From positions 1,536,001 to 1,600,000 of the forward strand of contig OZ251997.1 of the NCBI GenBank assembly GCA_965247095.1: a DNA stretch of 64,000 bases, written 5' to 3'. Source of the DNA: Candidatus Multivorans sp. (GTDB lineage: Bacteria > Acidobacteriota > Thermoanaerobaculia > Multivoradales > Multivoraceae). Every line of letters starts with the position of its first letter. The stretch's first letter is position 1. Shown here in pieces: positions 59,045-64,000 of this stretch. The translations under genes were made by a program, and so were the position numbers. The notes under the pieces are model-generated. The model was not told the origin of the DNA. It searched no databases and worked only from the letters and a program-made list of their open reading frames with translations.

Positions 59045-62000
59045 ATGAGAGTTCCGGCCAAGTCGGCATTGGCACTAGTAGTAGTCCTGGCGGCCCTCGG
59101 CGCCGGTTGCACCCAAAGCACAGGCGCCGATGAGGCGGAGGCCCAGGAGTCCGAGAACGTGGTTCCGCTACGGGCGGTCCAGGACGCTGAAACCGGCTCG
59201 ATCGCCATCTACCGGGAGGGTGAAGAGGCGCCGATCGTCACCCAGAACGCGGGCGCCGAGCACCGGCCGTTCCTGCACCCGATCGCCGCTCCGGACGGCA
59301 AGGGGCTGGCGACGCAGTACAGCCCGGGGCATCACCCCCACCAGACGGGGCTCTACTGGGGCTTCACCCGCGTGAACGGCGAGCCGATGGACGAGGACAC
59401 GCTCAAGCAGTGGTTCTACCGGCGCGACAAGCCGGAGGACATCGCCCGGGCCGTCGGCCGGGACTACTTCCACAACCCGGGCGGAGAGTACTGGCGCCGC
59501 GAGTCGGCCTCCCTGGTGACCGATTCCGGGCCCGAGGTGAAGTGGCAGACGGTCTACGGCATGTTGGACGCGGACGGCAAGGCGTTCATGACCGAGACCC
59601 AGAACTGGACGATGCGGGCCGAGGAAGACCGCTTCATCCTCGACCTCGAGTGGGCCGGCGAGGCCCACACCGACGTCTCGATCAACGAGATGTCCTACGG
59701 CGGCATGTTCCTGCGCATGCCCTGGCACAAGGACATCAAGGGCGAAGCCGTCAACGCGGCGCGCCAACGCAACGCCCAGGCCGAGGGCCAGCGCGCGATG
59801 TGGGTCGACGTCGGGATGCAGGTCGAGGGCCGCGACGACTTCCTGCACGTCGCCATCTTCGATCACCCGATGAACGCGGGCTTCCCGCAGACCTGGCGCG
59901 TCGACGGTCAGCTCGGCGTCGGGCCGACGCGGGCAAGGATGGGCGACTGGCACATCCCCGAAGGGACGACCGAGGTCATCCGTCACCGGCTCGTCGTCTA
60001 CACCGGCGAACTCAACGATCTCGAGCTGACGGAAGACTGGCAGGAGTACACGGGCGCAGCCGAAGGCGCCTACTCCACCGCGGCACTCTGGGGCGTCGCC
60101 CAGCAGGAGGCGCTGCAGGAGAAGTTCCTGACTGCGGACGAGGCGGTCGAGGCAATGACCGTACGCGACGGTTTCAAGGTCAACGCCTGGGCCTCCGAGC
60201 CCATGATCACCCAGCCCATGGCCTTCGCCTGGGACGATCGCGGCCGGATGTGGATCGCCGAGAACCGCGACTATGAGACCCGCGGCAGAGGCTTCTCGGG
60301 CGCGGGCGACAGCCGCATTCTGATCCTGGAGGACACCGATCGCGACGGCGAGGCCGACAGCAAGAAGGTCTTCGCGGAGGGCATCCCGTTCCCGGCGGCG
60401 CTGGCGGTCGGCTTCGACGGCGTCTTCGTCGGCGCACCGCCCCACCTCCTCTACCTCCCCGACCGCGACGGCGACGACGTGGCCGAGATGGACGACGCCG
60501 AGATCCTGCTGACCGGCTGGGGCATCCGGGACCGTCACGAGACGATCAACAGCTTCCACTGGGGACCCGACGGCTGGCTCTATGGCCTGGAGGGATTCGC
60601 GACCCCCTCGAAGATCAGGAAGCCGGGGCCCGACGAGACGATCTACGGCCACAACGATCCGTTCCCGGCGGATCTCCTCGAGGCCGACGGCGTGGACATC
60701 AACGGCGGCGTCTGGCGCTACCACCCGACGAAGAAGCGGTTCGAAGTCGTGGCTCACGGCTTCAGCAACCCATGGGGCATCGACTACGACGCCAAGGGCC
60801 AGATCTTCATCACCGCCTGCGTGATCCCCCACCTCTTCCACGTCGTACCCGGAGGCATCTACCACCGGCAGGGCGGCTCGCACTTCAACCCGTACGTCTA
60901 CGGCGACATCCGCACGATCGTCGACCACCGGCACCGGTCCGCGCACGGCGGCGCCCGCGTCTACCTCTCGGACGCCTTCCCCGAAGAGCACTACGGCCGG
61001 CTGTTCATGGCGAACATCCACGAGCACGCGGTGCTCTCCGACGAACTCGAGCCCAAGGGCTCCAGCTTCGTCGCCCGCCACGGCGAGGACTTCCTGCTCG
61101 CCAACAACAAGCAGTGGGTCGGCTTCAGCATGGAGATCGGGCCGGACGGCGACGTCTACGTCCTCGACTGGCACGACGCGGAAATCTGCGGCAATGACGT
61201 CAAGCACAAGGAGACGGGACGGATCTTCCGCATCACACCTGAGCAGTCCCAGGCGGATAACTGGGAGGGCCGATTCGACGACATCAAGGCGATGTCGAAC
61301 GGCGAACTGGTCGAACTCCAACTCTCGAAGAGCGCCTGGCATGCCCGCCGTGCGCGGGTCGTTCTGCAGGGCCGCGCGGCGAAGGGCGAGGTCGACGCAT
61401 CCGTTCACGCTTCGCTGCACGAGATGTTCTCGTCCAACCCGGACAAGGACCTCCGCCTGCGGGCGATGTGGGCGCTCCACGTCACCGGCGGCTTCACGCC
61501 CGACCAGTTGACCGACGCCCTCGACGACCCGGACGCCCACGTCCGCGCCTGGGCGGTTCAGCTCCTGACCGAGGATCACCACGCGCCCGCGGCCGCCGTC
61601 GGCCAGTTCGCCGCCATGGCGGACAGCGATGACTCCGCCGTCGTCCGGCTCTACCTCGCGGCGGCCCTCCAGCGTCTTGAGCACGACGACCGCTGGCCGA
61701 TCGCCGAAGGTCTGGTGAAGCACGGCGAGGACGCGGACGATCACAACATCCCGAAGATGATCTGGTTCGGCATCGAACCCCTGGTCGCCGAGGATCCCGA
61801 ACGCGCGCTAGAGCTCGCCCGGAACTCCGAGATTCCGATGCTCACGGAGAACATCGGACGCCGGCTCGTCGACGCGCACCGGCTCGAGACCCTCGTCACG
61901 TCGCTCGGCGATAGTTCGGACGCCCGCAAGGACCTCCTGAAGGGGATGCGCGCCGGGCTTGAGGGCCAGTTCGAGGTCGAGCGGCCGGACAACTGGGCCG

Positions 62001-62983
62001 GCGTCTACCGGAAACTGAAGAGAGACCGTTCCCTGACCGACCTCGCCCAGGAAGTGGACCAACAGTTCGGCGGCGTCGAGGCCGCGCGTCAGTTCATCGC
62101 GACACTCGAGGACGAGAGCGCACCGGCCGAAGATCGGCGGCGGGCCATCCAAGGCCTCGCCGGCCAGCAACATGAGGCCCTCGCCGAACGGCTCCCGGCC
62201 CTGCTGGACGAACCGGAGCTGCGGATCGCCGTGATCCGCGCGTTCGCCGCCTTCGATGGGGGCTGGGAACTGGGATTGCTGATGCGGGGACGCTACGACA
62301 CCTTCAACTCGGACGAGAAGCTCGCCGCTGTGCAGACGTTGTCGTCGCGCCCCATCTACGGCCGCGTGCTCACCGGAGCGATCAAGAGCGGGAGCATTCC
62401 CCGGCGCGACGTGCCGGCCTACGTCGCCCGCCAGCTCCACCGGGTCGTCGGCAGCGGCTTTCTCGAGGTCTGGGGACCGATCACCCGGGTCTCCAGCGAG
62501 AAGACCGCGGCCATCGCGAAGTACACGACGATCCTGGGCAACGACGCAATCGCGGGCGCCGACCCGAGCCACGGCGAGGCGATGTTCAACGAACTCTGCG
62601 GCGTCTGCCACCAGATGTTCGGAACGGGGGCTTTGATCGGTCCCGACCTCACGGGCTCCAACCGCACGGAACTCGACTACCTGCTGACGAACATCATCGA
62701 CCCCAGCGGCGACATCCAGGACGACTACCGGACGCTGATGGTGACGACCCGCGACGGCCGCACCTACTCCGGCACCGTCGCCGCCGAGAGCGACCGCGCG
62801 CTGACGCTGCGCGTCGTCGGCGAGGACGAGGTGGTCATCGCCCAGTCGGACATCCAGTCGCGCGACCTGTTCCCGCTCTCGATGATGCCCGAGGGTCTGC
62901 TCGATGGGTACGAGGACGCCGAGGTGCGGAACCTCGTGGCGTATCTCATGACCGCCGAAGAGGCCACGTCTCAGGGCCCCTAG
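59045..62983 (+). CDS. PVC-type heme-binding CxxCH protein with N-terminal PmoA/DUF6807-like domain
   Basis: Lipobox GAGC; HRPFLHPI..HPHQTGLYWG; WASEPMITQP, WGPDGWLY, HEAT-like repeats, CGVCH, SMMPEGL. Confidence 0.88.
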   Translation: MRVPAKSALALVVVLAALGAGCTQSTGADEAEAQESENVVPLRAVQDAETGSIAIYREGEEAPIVTQNAGAEHRPFLHPIAAPDGKGLATQYSPGHHPHQTGLYWGFTRVNGEPMDEDTLKQWFYRRDKPEDIARAVGRDYFHNPGGEYWRRESASLVTDSGPEVKWQTVYGMLDADGKAFMTETQNWTMRAEEDRFILDLEWAGEAHTDVSINEMSYGGMFLRMPWHKDIKGEAVNAARQRNAQAEGQRAMWVDVGMQVEGRDDFLHVAIFDHPMNAGFPQTWRVDGQLGVGPTRARMGDWHIPEGTTEVIRHRLVVYTGELNDLELTEDWQEYTGAAEGAYSTAALWGVAQQEALQEKFLTADEAVEAMTVRDGFKVNAWASEPMITQPMAFAWDDRGRMWIAENRDYETRGRGFSGAGDSRILILEDTDRDGEADSKKVFAEGIPFPAALAVGFDGVFVGAPPHLLYLPDRDGDDVAEMDDAEILLTGWGIRDRHETINSFHWGPDGWLYGLEGFATPSKIRKPGPDETIYGHNDPFPADLLEADGVDINGGVWRYHPTKKRFEVVAHGFSNPWGIDYDAKGQIFITACVIPHLFHVVPGGIYHRQGGSHFNPYVYGDIRTIVDHRHRSAHGGARVYLSDAFPEEHYGRLFMANIHEHAVLSDELEPKGSSFVARHGEDFLLANNKQWVGFSMEIGPDGDVYVLDWHDAEICGNDVKHKETGRIFRITPEQSQADNWEGRFDDIKAMSNGELVELQLSKSAWHARRARVVLQGRAAKGEVDASVHASLHEMFSSNPDKDLRLRAMWALHVTGGFTPDQLTDALDDPDAHVRAWAVQLLTEDHHAPAAAVGQFAAMADSDDSAVVRLYLAAALQRLEHDDRWPIAEGLVKHGEDADDHNIPKMIWFGIEPLVAEDPERALELARNSEIPMLTENIGRRLVDAHRLETLVTSLGDSSDARKDLLKGMRAGLEGQFEVERPDNWAGVYRKLKRDRSLTDLAQEVDQQFGGVEAARQFIATLEDESAPAEDRRRAIQGLAGQQHEALAERLPALLDEPELRIAVIRAFAAFDGGWELGLLMRGRYDTFNSDEKLAAVQTLSSRPIYGRVLTGAIKSGSIPRRDVPAYVARQLHRVVGSGFLEVWGPITRVSSEKTAAIAKYTTILGNDAIAGADPSHGEAMFNELCGVCHQMFGTGALIGPDLTGSNRTELDYLLTNIIDPSGDIQDDYRTLMVTTRDGRTYSGTVAAESDRALTLRVVGEDEVVIAQSDIQSRDLFPLSMMPEGLLDGYEDAEVRNLVAYLMTAEEATSQGP

Positions 62984-63006
62984 GGACGCCCTGAGGACAC
63001 GGAGAA

Positions 63007-64000
63007 ATGACGAACGTCGCCATGATCGGCCTCGGCTTCGGCGCCGAGTTCATCCCCATCTACCAGGCTCACCCGAACGCCAACGTCCACGCGATCTGCC
63101 GGCGCGACGAGGCGGAGCTTCACCGCGTCGGCGACCAGTTCGGCATCGACAGGCGCTACACGGACTACGACGACGTGCTCGCCGACTCGGGAGTCGACTT
63201 CGTCCACATCAACACGCCGATCCCGGACCACGCCTGGATGTCCCTGGCCGCTCTCGACGCGGGCAAGCACGTCATGTGCACCGTGCCCATGGCGACCACG
63301 ATCGACGACTGCCGGAAGATCGTCCAGAAGGTCGAGGAGACGGGCCTCAGGTACATGATGGCCGAGACCGTCGTCTACAGCCGGGAGTTCCTGTTCATCA
63401 AGGAGCTCTACGAGAAGGGCGAACTGGGCGAGATCCAGCACCTCGCGGCCTCCCATCCGCAGGACATGGACGGCTGGCCGTCGTACTGGGAGCGGATGAT
63501 CCCGATGCACTACGCGACCCACGTCGTGAGCCCCTGCCTCGGGCTGGTTGACGGCCTGGCCGAGTACGTGAGCTGCTTCGGCTCAGGCAGGGTGCGCGAC
63601 GACATCGCCGCGAAGTCCGGCAACCGCTTCGCCGTCGAGACCTGCCACATCAAGGTCAAGGACCGCGAGCTTGTGGCCCACACCTGGCGGTTCCTCTACG
63701 ACGTGGCACGCCAGTACCGCGAGAGCTTCGACGTCTACGGCACGAAGAAGAGCTTCGAGTGGACGCTCGTCGAGGACGAACTCCACGTTCTCCATACCGC
63801 GAAGAAGCCTGAGCCCGAGATCCCGGAGAAGATCGAAGTACCCGACTACGCGCACCTGCTGCCGGAAGAGGTCCGGAAGTTCACGCTGCCGCAGGAGATC
63901 CAGGACGCAGAGCACCTCTCGTTCATCCAGGGCGGCGGCCACGGCGGCTCGCACCCCCACCTCGCGAACGAGTTCCTGAGCGCGCTGCGCGAAGACCGGG
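63007..64000 (+). CDS. Gfo/Idh/MocA oxidoreductase (runs off window)
   Basis: MTNVAMIGLGFGAEFIPIY..HINTPIPDH..GKHVMCTVP..MAET..PMHYATH..GHGGSHPHL. Confidence 0.92.
   Translation, partial: MTNVAMIGLGFGAEFIPIYQAHPNANVHAICRRDEAELHRVGDQFGIDRRYTDYDDVLADSGVDFVHINTPIPDHAWMSLAALDAGKHVMCTVPMATTIDDCRKIVQKVEETGLRYMMAETVVYSREFLFIKELYEKGELGEIQHLAASHPQDMDGWPSYWERMIPMHYATHVVSPCLGLVDGLAEYVSCFGSGRVRDDIAAKSGNRFAVETCHIKVKDRELVAHTWRFLYDVARQYRESFDVYGTKKSFEWTLVEDELHVLHTAKKPEPEIPEKIEVPDYAHLLPEEVRKFTLPQEIQDAEHLSFIQGGGHGGSHPHLANEFLSALREDR

Noticed and set aside
59045-60050. Methane monooxygenase function for the PmoA-like domain
   Set aside because: This is a soluble DUF6807-type domain fused to a PVC heme protein; no pmoCAB operon is present
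59168-61744. 858-aa minus-strand ORF, and similar long antisense ORFs at 40130, 43944, 48250, 51276
   Set aside because: Each mirrors a well-supported gene on the other strand and has no recognisable domain

Overview
High-GC bacterial chromosomal segment. The gene content (Oar-like TonB receptor, PVC-type cytochromes, DUF1592/DUF1552, DUF6152, many sulfatases and quinoproteins) suggests an Acidobacteriota-like organism; this is inference. Left to right: a cusCBA-type heavy-metal efflux operon with a Cys/His-rich upstream ORF; hydrolases and two sulfatases; a two-gene cassette (unlisted 58-aa ORF plus an SMC/RloC-like ATPase with zinc hook) that looks like an anti-phage module; a MacAB-like ABC exporter whose ATPase gene is interrupted by an IS3-family element; galM, class I fumarase and peptidases interspersed with four toxin-antitoxin modules; a peptidase-M15-like/ADP-ribosylglycohydrolase fusion next to a 27-bp inverted-repeat element; a ~12-kb exported-protein operon (Cys-pair 'EYACHEGNY' proteins, DUF6152, tandemly duplicated PQQ-dehydrogenase + sulfatase unit); a PQQ-DH/DUF1592/DUF1552 operon; a TonB receptor, a split MFS/spermidine-synthase pair, a PVC heme protein and a Gfo/Idh/MocA oxidoreductase. 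No rRNA, tRNA or CRISPR array was seen. All family calls come from motif recognition, not database searches.
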